From NCBI RefSeq assembly GCF_001194135.2, contig NC_068987.1:80037461-80073242 (forward strand): a stretch of DNA of 35,782 nt, in the 5' to 3' direction. The notes below the pieces were generated by a model, which made no database searches, was not told the origin of the DNA, and worked only from the letters and a program-made list of their open reading frames with translations. The translations under genes were made by a program, and so were the position numbers. The stretch comes from Octopus bimaculoides. Its lineage: Eukaryota. This document shows, piece after piece, positions 1 through 9,739 of this stretch (position 1 is its first letter; every line of letters starts with the position of its first letter).

Positions 1-67
1 CCCCCCCCCCCACACACACACATATATATATTAGGTCACTCTTAGTTCTGCAGATAATATATAATCC

Positions 68-222
68 AGTATTTCGTACATCTGACGTTCTGAGTTCAAA
101 TCCTGCCGAGATTGACTTTGCTTTTCATCCTTTCGAGGTCTGTAAAATAAGTACCAGATGAGTACTGTGGTTGATGTAATCGACTTATCCTAACCCTTGA
201 AATAGCTGATCTTGATCCAAAA
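68..222 (+). mobile_element. SINE family A, 5'-truncated copy
   Basis: gttctgagttcaaatcctgccgagattgactttgcttttcatcctttcgagg...ataagtaccag matches the fuller copies at 23039-23245 and 25592-26432. Confidence 0.8.
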
Positions 223-577
223 TGACTGCGAATCGACCTATTCAACTATAAGGTTATATTCGTAAAATTTGTATCGAAAGCTTACTTTTATAATTTCTAC
301 ATAGCATTTTTCTAAACCCCCCCCCCACACACACACACGTACGTGTACTCATATATTAAATAGTGACTCCTACAAGACTTGTTCTATTACATTCTCGGGG
401 TATCTTTACTCTCTGATGAATTCTGGAATGTATAAGCACTTGGTGTTCTTGTTCGATAAGAGTCACCTTACTATGAAATAAATTAATGTACCCGATGCTC
501 GGTGTATTTAGTGCCTTCCATTAATTGCAGTTTTTTTCCATTTTGTAATGGAAACTCCAAATGCAATGCCTGAGTCA

Positions 578-625
<48 letters not shown>

Positions 626-648
626 GATAGATAGATAGATAGATAGAT
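578..648. repeat. (CTAT)n directly followed by (ATAG)n; perfect palindrome centred at 625/626
   Basis: Read directly: ...ctatctatc|gatagatag...; the right arm is 23 bp and a 10-N gap follows at 657. Confidence 0.9.
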
Positions 649-695
649 GGAGAGATNNNNNNNNNNAGATTCAGTTTTATCACCTACTTCGATTG

Positions 696-749
<54 letters not shown>

Positions 750-779
750 TACACTTACACACGCACATGAATATATGTA

Positions 780-1705
780 CAATAATGCCTCGATATACGA
801 GTTAATTTGTTCCCGTAGACCGTTCGTAAAGCAAAAAGGCGTAAAGCAGAGCAATAATTTCCCATAGTAGCAATGTTATAAATCGTAATTCGTTCTCAGA
901 AAAATATTTCACCTATAAAATTTATAATACTCGTAAATGAATGGCAATAAAACAACAGTAGAATGTAAAGAATATTATTTTACGTGAAGTAAAAAGAATG
1001 TCCAGATCGTTTAAAATAAAAAAATATTATTATTATAATCGTTTTCTGAATCACATTCACTCGGACTGGACTCTCGCACATCATCAATTGTAGACGCGAT
1101 CGCCCGATTCACAAGCACCCGTAGACGGACTTCTAGATTTCTTTTTAGGAAAGAAGTCTAAAGTTGTTTGTTTACTCTTTTACTCTTTTACTTGTTTCAG
1201 TCATTTGACTGCGGCTATGCTGGAGCACCGCCTTTAGTAGAGCAAATCGACCCCAGGACTTATTCTTTGGAAGCCTAGTACTTATTCTATCGGTCTCTTT
1301 TGCCGAACCGCTAAGTTACGGGGACGTAAACACACCAGCATCGGTTGTCAAGCGATGTTGGGGGGACAAACACAGACACAAACACATACACACACATACA
1401 TATACATATATATATACATATATACGACGGGCTTCTTTCAGTTTCCGTCTACCAAATCCACTCACAAGGTGCCACGCAGTAGGACTGAACCCAGAACCAT
1501 GTGGTTGGTAAGCAAGCTACTTACCACACAGCCACGTCCTCGCCTAGAAGAAGCTTTTTTTTTTTTTCGCTCTCAATAAATTTCTTGGTAACACGCAGAA
1601 GCATTTGTGGCGATAGAAACTTTTGCACTTCGTTCGAAATTTGGATTCTGTGCATGAAAAATAAAACCCGTAAACCCGGGGTCTCGTGAAACGGGTCATC
1701 TTAAA
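780..1705. mobile_element. Degenerate pogo/Tigger-like non-autonomous DNA element, interrupted by a SINE
   Basis: Left end TA+caataatgcctcgatatacgag followed by ttcccatag...aatcgtaattcgttc; right side has cccgtaaacccggggtctcgtgaaacggg repeats typical of Tigger-type ends. The TIR match is poor. Confidence 0.4.
1172..1540 (-). mobile_element. SINE family B (tRNA-like head, CORE-like block, (AAAGAGT)n tail), near full length with an internal 43-bp deletion
   Basis: Colinear with the copies at 7969-8381 (+) and 29669-30068 (-). Confidence 0.9.
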
Positions 1706-1707
1706 AT

Positions 1708-1879
1708 GAGTTGCTGAGAAGTTCCTGGTTTTAAGAATGTCAAGAAACGCCTGTTTGTAGGCCTATCCTTCCAAGTTCTTTTACAGGTCTTAGAATAACT
1801 GAAAGATCGCTGCAATAATTGTGTGAATCCGAGAGGGGATTCTTTTACCCAAAGCCAGAAACTTTTCAGCTCACCCTCC
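1708..1879 (+). mobile_element. Mariner-derived MITE
   Basis: Imperfect TIRs gagttgctgagaagttcctggtttt (1708-1732) / aaagccagaaacttttcagctcaccctcc (1851-1879) followed by TA. From 1799 it reads LKDRCNNCVNPRGDSF, resembling the mariner transposase C-terminus (RWxKCVxxxGxY). Confidence 0.65.
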
Positions 1880-1920
1880 TATATTCATATACATAAATAA
1901 CATATATATATATATATACA

Positions 1921-2028
1921 CAGTCCCACTGCTCGGCGCCTTGGGCAAGTATCTTCTACTGTAGTCCAAGGCCAATCAGTGGATTGTAAGTGAATTTAGT
2001 CAAGGGAAATTCTGTCAAAACCTGTCGT
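1921..2028 (+). mobile_element. SINE family B internal fragment, degenerate
   Basis: cagtcccactgctcggcgccttgggcaagtatcttctactgtag aligns to the family B 5' half. Confidence 0.7.
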
Positions 2029-2038
2029 AATCATATCT

Positions 2039-2039
2039 G

Positions 2040-2073
<34 letters not shown>

Positions 2074-2112
2074 GATCTATCTATCCGTCTGTCTGTCTGT
2101 GTATGTATGTAC

Positions 2113-2172
<60 letters not shown>
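2039..2172. repeat. Compound microsatellite (CTAT)n-(GTCT)n-(GTAT)n-(AGAT)n with complementary outer arms
   Basis: Read directly. Confidence 0.9.
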
Positions 2173-2399
2173 TTGTTTTGTTTTTGTTTGTCAACGCTCC
2201 TTCGTTGCTATTTGACAAACAAAAACAAAACAAACGACTTACTGCTTAATCAAACTGAACAAACAGTCGATTACTTAGTTGGGTATTTAACCAATTGACC
2301 AATAATAAAGGAGTGAATCAGTACGTGTGTTAATAATATTGGCATAACGACCCTCACTCGACGCAAAATTTATTGTCACTATTTCGTACATAACATGTA

Positions 2400-2520
2400 A
2401 TCGATAGAATAAGTAAGAAGTTTACAAAGAAAAAGTCCTGGGGTCGATTTCTTCGACTAAAGGCGTGCTCCAGCATGACCACAGTGAAATGACTGGAACA
2501 AGTAAAAAAATAAAAGAATA
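2400..2520 (+). mobile_element. SINE family B 3' fragment
   Basis: gatagaataagta...agtcctggggtcgatttcttcgactaaaggcgtgctccagcatg...aacaagtaaaa. Confidence 0.8.
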
Positions 2521-2590
2521 TACATCATACATACATACATACATATTTGTATAAATATATAGTATATATATATATAAAGTCTGTCATACC

Positions 2591-2630
2591 GGCCATGACG
2601 AAGGGAAATAGCCCTGAAACTCGAGTCGCC
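2591..2630 (+). ncRNA. Minimal type I hammerhead ribozyme motif, one core insertion
   Basis: Stem I GGC/GCC; core CaUGACGA; stem II AGGG/CCCU; GAAA; 8-bp palindrome ACUCGAGU; GUC cleavage triplet at 2625-2627. Confidence 0.6.
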
Positions 2631-2931
2631 TTTATATATTTATATTTATATATTTATATATTTGATCCTTTATATTGAACACTCAATATTTCATCTACAT
2701 TCAATACTTTCTTTCATGGTGCCATCCATTTTTATTTTATTTTATTTTATATTATATATTGTATATTATATTATATATTGTATATTCCATATTCTATACC
2801 CCACATTGGTTCTGCAGGAATATAAATAAAACATAAAAAACAGACAGTGTTGGAACTCTTTTAAACAAAATAATATATTCCTCTATACACAATCATACAA
2901 AAAACCCACCTATTTTGTATTTATTTTTACT

Positions 2932-2983
<52 letters not shown>

Positions 2984-3754
2984 TAACAAGCAGAAATACA
3001 AAGCGTATGCGCGCGCGTGTGCTTTTGTGTGCGCGTGTGTGTGTATGAAATTACGGAGAGCCGAGATGCTCTATATTTATGCTCATTATTTTCACAATGT
3101 GATTTTGCATAAGTGTTTCTTTGACTGCTTGAATGCAATTTTTTGAAAACTATTTATGTTTTCATCACCATCAGTAGCAGCAGCAGCAGCATTCAGTAAC
3201 ATCCCCCACCACTACCACCACCATCATCGTCGTCATCGTCATCGTCATTATCACTATATTTAATTCACTGAAAAACAGCTTTGAAACCACGTCGTCAATG
3301 GAGTGAAGTTTACTCATCATGAAAACAGTTTATACTTCCGCAAACATTACATAAGGTATGATACTTGAAAACCACTCTTAAAAATCTTTCTCTTCAACTG
3401 GCTAAACATTTATTCGTCATTCCATACATTTGTTTGTTTGTTTGTTTCTCTCCTTCATATTTCATGATGTGAGTCAATGAGAAGTTTATACATTATATTC
3501 ATCTTTTGAGAAAGAAAAGAGCTGTTACGTTCGCATCTTAACCTTTCTCACTCAGCCACACTTCCAATTTTATAATATCGATTACTCACTTTCTACTTCC
3601 TCTCTCTCTTTCTCTTTCTTTCTCACTCTATCTCTCTCTCTCTCTCTCTCTCTCCATCACCGCCTCTCTCTGTCTCTCTCATTGTCTAACTTTCTTACTT
3701 TCTCTTTTCTCCGTCTATCGGTATGCCTATCTGTGCAATTATCTCTTTTATCTA

Positions 3755-4380
3755 CAGGGTGAGACAGAAGGGACGGACGTTTTTGAAATATTCACAAGAT
3801 CATTAATTTTAGCTGCAAACAAATTTTATTGACATCAATGTGCTTGTATTGAATTAGCATTTGTCAAAATTAAGTGTGGAAAACAACATCCATCATGTGA
3901 TGTCCGTTTTCATTGACGCATTTCTGAAGGCATTCTTGGAAGTTGGCCTCCAGTCTCTCCCACATTGCTTTGTGACTAGTCTCATGGTTTCAACTGTTGT
4001 CCAATGACCAATTTGTACGGGTGGAAATGCAGGTTTTCATGCAAAATACGCCTTACCGATCGATTACCGATGCCAAATCCAGTGGAATGCCTTCGAGCAG
4101 AGCTATTCGGACTCTGTATCAAAGCTTGTCTGACGCGTTCCATATTTTCCGGGGTCCGTACCGTTCGTGGCGCCCCCACTAGTCTTCTATACCTCGTTTA
4201 CGAAGTGCATTCACCCAACGTAAGATTGTGTTACGAGTGGGAACAGCCTGATCTCGGTAAATGTTGAAGAGGCGCCGAAACTCACGCTGAACTGCTATGA
4301 CAGACTCGTTAGTCTCCACGTATCTGTCGTAGGCAAACTCACGATGCTCTATCGTCCATAGCGCCATGGCTTCACCCGGA
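3755..4380 (-). mobile_element. Tc1/mariner-superfamily relic with DUF4817-type HTH transposase, internally deleted pseudogene
   Basis: TA+CAGGGTG terminus at 3753-3761. ORF pieces MALWTIEHREFAYDRYVETNESVIAVQREFRR (4179-4367) and GAPRTVRTPEN...HPYKLVIGQQLKP (3982-4179), plus C-terminal MWERLEANFQECLQKCVNENGHHMMDVVFHT* (3870-3983). No second TIR found. Confidence 0.85.
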
Positions 4381-4691
4381 GAGAAAAAAATGCTAAGACA
4401 CCACGGACCGAATGGTACTTGTCAGACATATGCCCCCGTCAGTGACTTCCATAAATAATAATGATAATAACATCAGCAAAAATTACTTTAGGACTGAGAA
4501 CGGAGTACCCCATTAGTCAAATGGTTTTATATATTTCTCTGAAGTTATATATTTGAGTGTTTATAAAATTATTCATTTATATTCAAGTTCTTAACTAACG
4601 TATATATAAATCAACAGCAATAAGATCCATTATGGTAGATTCTGAGAAATATATTTTGTGCCAATCGATACGTTTTCTGTTCTTTTCTCTC

Positions 4692-4729
4692 CATTCTGTA
4701 GAAGAGCGTTGGCTCGAAAATGTTAAAAG
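4692..4729 (+). ncRNA. Degenerate hammerhead-like motif (CUGUNGA family)
   Basis: CTGTAGA-A-GAGC-gttg-GCTC-GAAA-aTGTT-aaaag; homologous to 28322-28357 and 30609-30644, with stems I and III decayed. Confidence 0.45.
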
Positions 4730-4852
4730 CTTCTACCATTTTTCCTGAGTGCTAAATTTATACACTCTCTTAGTTGCTCAATCACATGTGTCTTTTTTTT
4801 TTGTATATTTTTGAACCGTATAATGTATGTATATGCAGATATATACATATGT

Positions 4853-5503
4853 GGGATCTATTTCAAAACGGGGGCACCAGTTTTCATTTATGTTTTATGT
4901 AGTGTTTTTGGTACCGAAAGACTTTCAAACTTCGTATACTTATCTATTTTGTGTTATAGAACAGAAAAAAAATTTTGTATTCGAATTTATTTCATGTAAA
5001 AAATTGTCTTATTTCGATAATTTCTACTAATCACTGACGTCTATTCAGTTGAAAACAGTTAGCGCTGTAACGGTGTATACCGTATTAATCCCCTAACCCT
5101 AACTAGACTGTTAACCCTAACCCTAACCCTAAAACTAACCCTAACTCTAGAATCCGAACTCTAAAATTGTTACACACATAGATACGCACAGCGTAATTTA
5201 TTATATAAACAATATATGCGTATAAATTACGATTAAACAGGATGAAATATGTCACAGGGAATAACATTTTTATGACCGCCCAGCAGTAACTCTATTTAGC
5301 TGAATAGACGTCAGTGATTGGTTGAAATTACAGAAATACGACAACTTTAACATGGAATAACTTGCGATGTACGTTTTTTTGTTAAGAAGACTAAGAGTAA
5401 AAGATGTTTTATATGACACATTCTACCAGTGTCCCAAGTTTCAAAGTGTTTCGTTAGTGTTTCGTTAAGAAAATACTGGCGCCCCCGTTTTGAAATAGAT
5501 CCC
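4853..5503. mobile_element. Foldback/MITE with 29-bp GGG...CCC TIRs, 6-bp TSD and internal (CCCTAA)n
   Basis: TIR gggatctatttcaaaacgggggc(a/g)ccagt at 4853-4881 and 5475-5503 (1 mismatch). ATATGT on both flanks (4847-4852, 5504-5509). Perfect 20-bp internal inverted repeat at 5029-5048/5300-5319. Confidence 0.85.
5091..5150 (-). repeat. Interstitial telomere-like (TTAGGG)n, about 6 interrupted units
   Basis: ccctaaccctaa...aaccctaaccctaaccctaa...aaccctaa. Confidence 0.75.
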
Positions 5504-5679
5504 ATATGTGTGTGTGTATGCATGTGTATAGGTGTGTGTGACGTTATTACTGAGCTGAATTACAAAAATATATGCTTTTTATTGAAAATCTGAATATCTA
5601 AAAAATTTAAAAATACAAACTGGATATTAAATATTACTTTAGTTTTGTGTCATTTACGTAATCTTGTTAGTGTGACAGT

Positions 5680-5711
5680 TCTGTTAATTTTTTGTTCTTC
5701 TTTTCTTTCAG
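5680..5711 (+). promoter_or_regulatory. Splice acceptor for the DUF229 coding exon (exon starts at 5712)
   Basis: Long pyrimidine tract ttttttgttcttcttttctttcag. Confidence 0.75.
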
Positions 5712-5754
5712 CAACTCATGCTAGGATGGTATCGCACAGAACTGTTCAAGTGTC

Positions 5755-7689
5755 ATGAATCGCTACACACGATTTACGATACGGAAAAAATTATTTGTTA
5801 TCGTACTTTGCCTAACTCTACCATGGTATTACATATCCAGCTATCTCCAAAACTTCGACAATTATGAATCAGTAACGGGCCAATGTGTCTTGCCGAACAT
5901 CGACCCGTTTGATGAATCCATAAAACAATTCATCCGTAAACTCAGTCCGTTACAATGTTCTAAGAACAACGATTTCAGTTACCTTGACAACAAAGGTCGA
6001 GTACATTTGAACTGGACAGCTGGTCGTCTTCTTGGATTTCACCGAAATCAGACATACTGTGTGTGCAATGTTATCAACAGATACGATGATGATGATCATA
6101 TCCTATACCAACCTGCCCGGACAGTGGATTTTCCCATGGACATACCTTCTGACTTCTTCCGTATTACATGCGCGGATGAATCTGGCTCCTCTTACAGTAA
6201 TCTACACGCTCACATTTTCCCTACAAATATCACAAATGAAAAAGTTAAAAAAAGGTCAAACACTCGGAAACAGTATAATGTTTTTATATTTGGGGTCGAT
6301 TCTGTGTCCAGGTTAAACTGTTTGAGAATGCTTCCGAAAACCTATAAGTATCTCACCCAAGAATTAGAGGCGTTTGATTTTCAAGGTTACACCAAAGTTG
6401 GAGATAACACTTTCCCGAACATGGTACCATTACTCACAGGGATGCATCCTTATGAAGAGTCATCGAAATTACCTTATGTAGATCCCTCATATCATTTTTA
6501 TGATTCTTACCCTTTGTTATGGAAGAACTTTTCCGATGCCGGTTACATCACGATGTTTGCAGAAGACGAACCGTTACTGGGTATTTTTAACTATTTATCA
6601 AAAGGTTTTAACCAACAACCAACTGATCATTATATGCGACCGTTTTGGCTTGCTTTGGATGACACTCACCCTAGCAATAAGTTTATTAGTCCCTTCTTGT
6701 TAATGTTGGAGAATCATGAAGTCCAGCTTAGTAAGTCTTCGACTCTTTGCTTCGGAAATATTCCCAAACACGTTGTCTTGATGAATTATTATAAATATTT
6801 CACAATGAAATACAAACATACACCTCGGTTTGGATATTCCTGGTTAACAGAACTTGGTCATAGTCATTTAAACATTGTACAGTTGGCTGACAACGATTTT
6901 GTTAATTTCTTAACATCTTTAAAGGATAATGGTCAACTAGACAACAGTTTTTTGATTTTCATGAGTGATCATGGACACAGGTTCGATTCTATACGCCATA
7001 CGTTAATTGGACGCATTGAAGAAAGAATGCCGCTTTTTTTAATGACAATACCCAAAGGTTTCAAAAGAGACTATCCAAGCGCAGCAGCTAATCTGCTCGC
7101 TAATACTAAAAAACTGACAAGTCCGTACGATCTCCATCAAACATTGAAGGATATTCTGTCAACTGATTACGAAAATAACAATGCAAAGAGATTTACATTG
7201 ACAAAAGGAGTGAGTTTATTTAGCAGAATCAGTAAGCAAAGGAGTTGTGCAGATGCTGGCATTAGTGAAAACTACTGTCCGTGTTATAAAATAAAACCTT
7301 TAAACACAACAGAAAATAATGTGAGTCGCTCTATAGCCAAGTTTATTCTTGACAAAATTAATTCTCTTCTCCAACCCTGGAGAGGTATATGTAGCAATTT
7401 AAAACTGAACAGTATAAAAAGCAGTGATAAAATTGTCCCTCATGCAAGTCTGAGAGAAGAATATGGTTTCTTTGCGTCTTTATTGAATCACCCGGAACCG
7501 GAAGAGGGTACTTACACTGTTGTTGTTGAAACAATACCTGGTTTATCTTTGTTTGAAGCCTCAGTGAACTACAAAAGCAACACCGATATTAGTCTCTATG
7601 GAGAAATAAGTCGAATCAACCGATACGGTAACCAATCAGATTGTATAAGGAACAAACGGATGAAACTATACTGCTATTGTATCGCGTAA
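5755..7689 (+). CDS. DUF229-family protein (alkaline phosphatase/sulfatase-like fold), probable type II membrane enzyme, 644 aa, single coding exon
   Basis: Intact 644-codon ORF in otherwise stop-rich DNA. N-terminal basic+hydrophobic anchor KKLFVIVLCLTLPWYY; family motifs GVDSVSRL, KVGDNTFPN, DHYMRPF, FMSDHGHRF, GRIEERMP, LTSPYDLHQTL, RSCADAGISENYCPC. Confidence 0.93.
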   Translation: MNRYTRFTIRKKLFVIVLCLTLPWYYISSYLQNFDNYESVTGQCVLPNIDPFDESIKQFIRKLSPLQCSKNNDFSYLDNKGRVHLNWTAGRLLGFHRNQTYCVCNVINRYDDDDHILYQPARTVDFPMDIPSDFFRITCADESGSSYSNLHAHIFPTNITNEKVKKRSNTRKQYNVFIFGVDSVSRLNCLRMLPKTYKYLTQELEAFDFQGYTKVGDNTFPNMVPLLTGMHPYEESSKLPYVDPSYHFYDSYPLLWKNFSDAGYITMFAEDEPLLGIFNYLSKGFNQQPTDHYMRPFWLALDDTHPSNKFISPFLLMLENHEVQLSKSSTLCFGNIPKHVVLMNYYKYFTMKYKHTPRFGYSWLTELGHSHLNIVQLADNDFVNFLTSLKDNGQLDNSFLIFMSDHGHRFDSIRHTLIGRIEERMPLFLMTIPKGFKRDYPSAAANLLANTKKLTSPYDLHQTLKDILSTDYENNNAKRFTLTKGVSLFSRISKQRSCADAGISENYCPCYKIKPLNTTENNVSRSIAKFILDKINSLLQPWRGICSNLKLNSIKSSDKIVPHASLREEYGFFASLLNHPEPEEGTYTVVVETIPGLSLFEASVNYKSNTDISLYGEISRINRYGNQSDCIRNKRMKLYCYCIA

Positions 7690-7884
7690 GAGCGGTCCTG
7701 GAGACTAGTAGCATTGCGCATGCGTAATGACATACTTCACCACACACTGACACTACACTTCTCTTTCACCTACCACGTAATTTTATTTATATTTATATGT
7801 AGAAAAAAAAAGACTAAAAATAGAACCGATTGAAAGCAGACAGTATTATACACACACACATACATATACAGTTCGTTTTTGTAT

Positions 7885-7955
7885 TTGGTTTACAAGGTTC
7901 TGTATAAGAACTCGTGCATTGAAACGAATCTTGTTGTATCTTGGGAGGGTCATTA
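7885..7955 (+). repeat. Interspersed repeat family D fragment
   Basis: aactcgtgcattgaaacgaatcttgttgtatcttgggagggtcatt is homologous to the reverse complement of 10800-10905. Confidence 0.55.
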
Positions 7956-7968
7956 TAAAAATAAATAC

Positions 7969-8381
7969 AGACGCAGTTGTGGCTGTGCGGCAAGATGCGT
8001 GCTTCCCAACTACATGGTTCCGGGTTCAGTCCCTCTGCATGGCAACTTGGGCAAGTGTCTTCTACTGTAACCTCAGGCCAACCAAAGCCTTGTGAGTGGA
8101 TTTGGTAGACGGAAACTGAAAGAAGCCCGTCGAAAGTGTGTGTGTGTGTGTGTGTATTTGTGTATGTATTTGTGTGTCTGTGTTTGTACCTCCACCATCC
8201 CTTGACAACCGATGTTGGTGTGCTTATTTCCCCGTAACTTAGCGGTTCGGCCTAAGATACCGATAGAATAAGTACTAGGCTTACAAAGTCCTGGGGTCGA
8301 TTTGTTCGACTAAAGGCGGTGCTCCAGCATGGCCGCAGTCAAATGACTGAAACAAGTAAGATAATAAAAGAATAAAAGAAT
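7969..8381 (+). mobile_element. SINE family B, full length
   Basis: tRNA-like head (gtggctgtgcggcaag...gggttcagtccc), ttgggcaagtgtctt core, internal (TG)n and aataaaag tail. Confidence 0.9.
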
Positions 8382-8533
8382 AGGCACTGGCTTAGTTTCA
8401 CTTCTTTATTGTTAAGCAACAATAAAGAAGTAGAATTGTGACAGTTCATGTTTTGATATTATCTCCCAAGATACACGATGTGCATGTGTCTTTGTGTGTG
8501 TATGTGTGTGTATGTATGTATGTATGTGTGTGT

Positions 8534-8580
<47 letters not shown>

Positions 8581-8581
<1 letters not shown>

Positions 8582-8728
8582 TGGAAGCCGCTTATTGTAA
8601 TAACGGGTAATGTTTCCAGTCAAAGTCACTGCCTCCCAAACACGCTCAGGATAATGATTAATTTGGCCAGTCTGCTATTGTTATCTAAATGGTTCCGTCC
8701 CAAAGCGATCGTAATAAGCGGATTCCAA
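8581..8728. mobile_element. 148-bp Tc1/mariner-type MITE with TA flanks
   Basis: tggaagccgcttatt (8582-8596) vs aataagcggattcca (8713-8727), 14/15 complementary; TA at 8579-8580 and 8729-8730. Confidence 0.65.
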
Positions 8729-8880
8729 TACATATATTTAAGTCTGTGTGTATGTGTTTGTGCGTACTTGTGTATACGACCACTTGTAAATAGTGTGAAT
8801 AAAATCTAAATATTTTACTATTCCCGCTGTTTCTGTTTTCTGTGATGACACTAATTGTTTTTTTTTTATCATTATGCAGA

Positions 8881-9043
8881 TGTAGACATGGTTGTATGGT
8901 TAAGAAGCTTGTTTTGCAGTCACGTGGCTTCGAGTTCAGTTACACTGCGCAGCCCTTTGGGCAAATGTCTTCTACTCTAATTCTGGGTCGACAAATACCT
9001 TGTGAATTTGGGTGACGGAAACTGTATGAAAGCGCTTGTCGTA

Positions 9044-9045
<2 letters not shown>
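8881..9045 (+). mobile_element. SINE family B 5' half, diverged, running into a microsatellite and gap
   Basis: ggttgtatggttaagaagcttg...gagttcagttacactgcg...ttgggcaaatgtcttctact...gacggaaactg. Confidence 0.75.
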
Positions 9046-9121
<76 letters not shown>

Positions 9122-9739
9122 NNNNNNNNNNNNNNNNNNNNNNNNNNNNNNNNNNNNNNNNNNNNNNNNNNNNNNNNNNNNNNNNNNNNNNNNNNNNNNN
9201 NNNNNNNNNNNNNNNNNNNNNNNNNNNNNNNNNNNNNNNNNNNNNNNNNNNNNNNNNNNNNNNNNNNNNNNNNNNNNNNNNNNNNNNNNNNNNNNNNNNN
9301 NNNNNNNNNNNNNNNNNNNNNNNNNNNNNNNNNNNNNNNNNNNNNNNNNNNNNNNNNNNNNNNNNNNNNNNNNNNNNNNNNNNNNNNNNNNNNNNNNNNN
9401 NNNNNNNNNNNNNNNNNNNNNNNNNNNNNNNNNNNNNNNNNNNNNNNNNNNNNNNNNNNNNNNNNNNNNNNNNNNNNNNNNNNNNNNNNNNNNNNNNNNN
9501 NNNNNNNNNNNNNNNNNNNNNNNNNNNNNNNNNNNNNNNNNNNNNNNNNNNNNNNNNNNNNNNNNNNNNNNNNNNNNNNNNNNNNNNNNNNNNNNNNNNN
9601 NNNNNNNNNNNNNNNNNNNNNNNNNNNNNNNNNNNNNNNNNNNNNNNNNNNNNNNNNNNNNNNNNNNNNNNNNNNNNNNNNNNNNNNNNNNNNNNNNNNN
9701 NNNNNNNNNNNNNNNNNNNNNNNNNNNNNNNNNNNNNNN

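Noticed and set aside
413-480. CTGATGA at ~413 as a hammerhead core
   Set aside because: No stem II followed by GAAA.
5755-7689. DUF229 gene nested in the bHLH-PAS first intron
   Set aside because: The upstream exons of neither gene are established, so nesting cannot be inferred.
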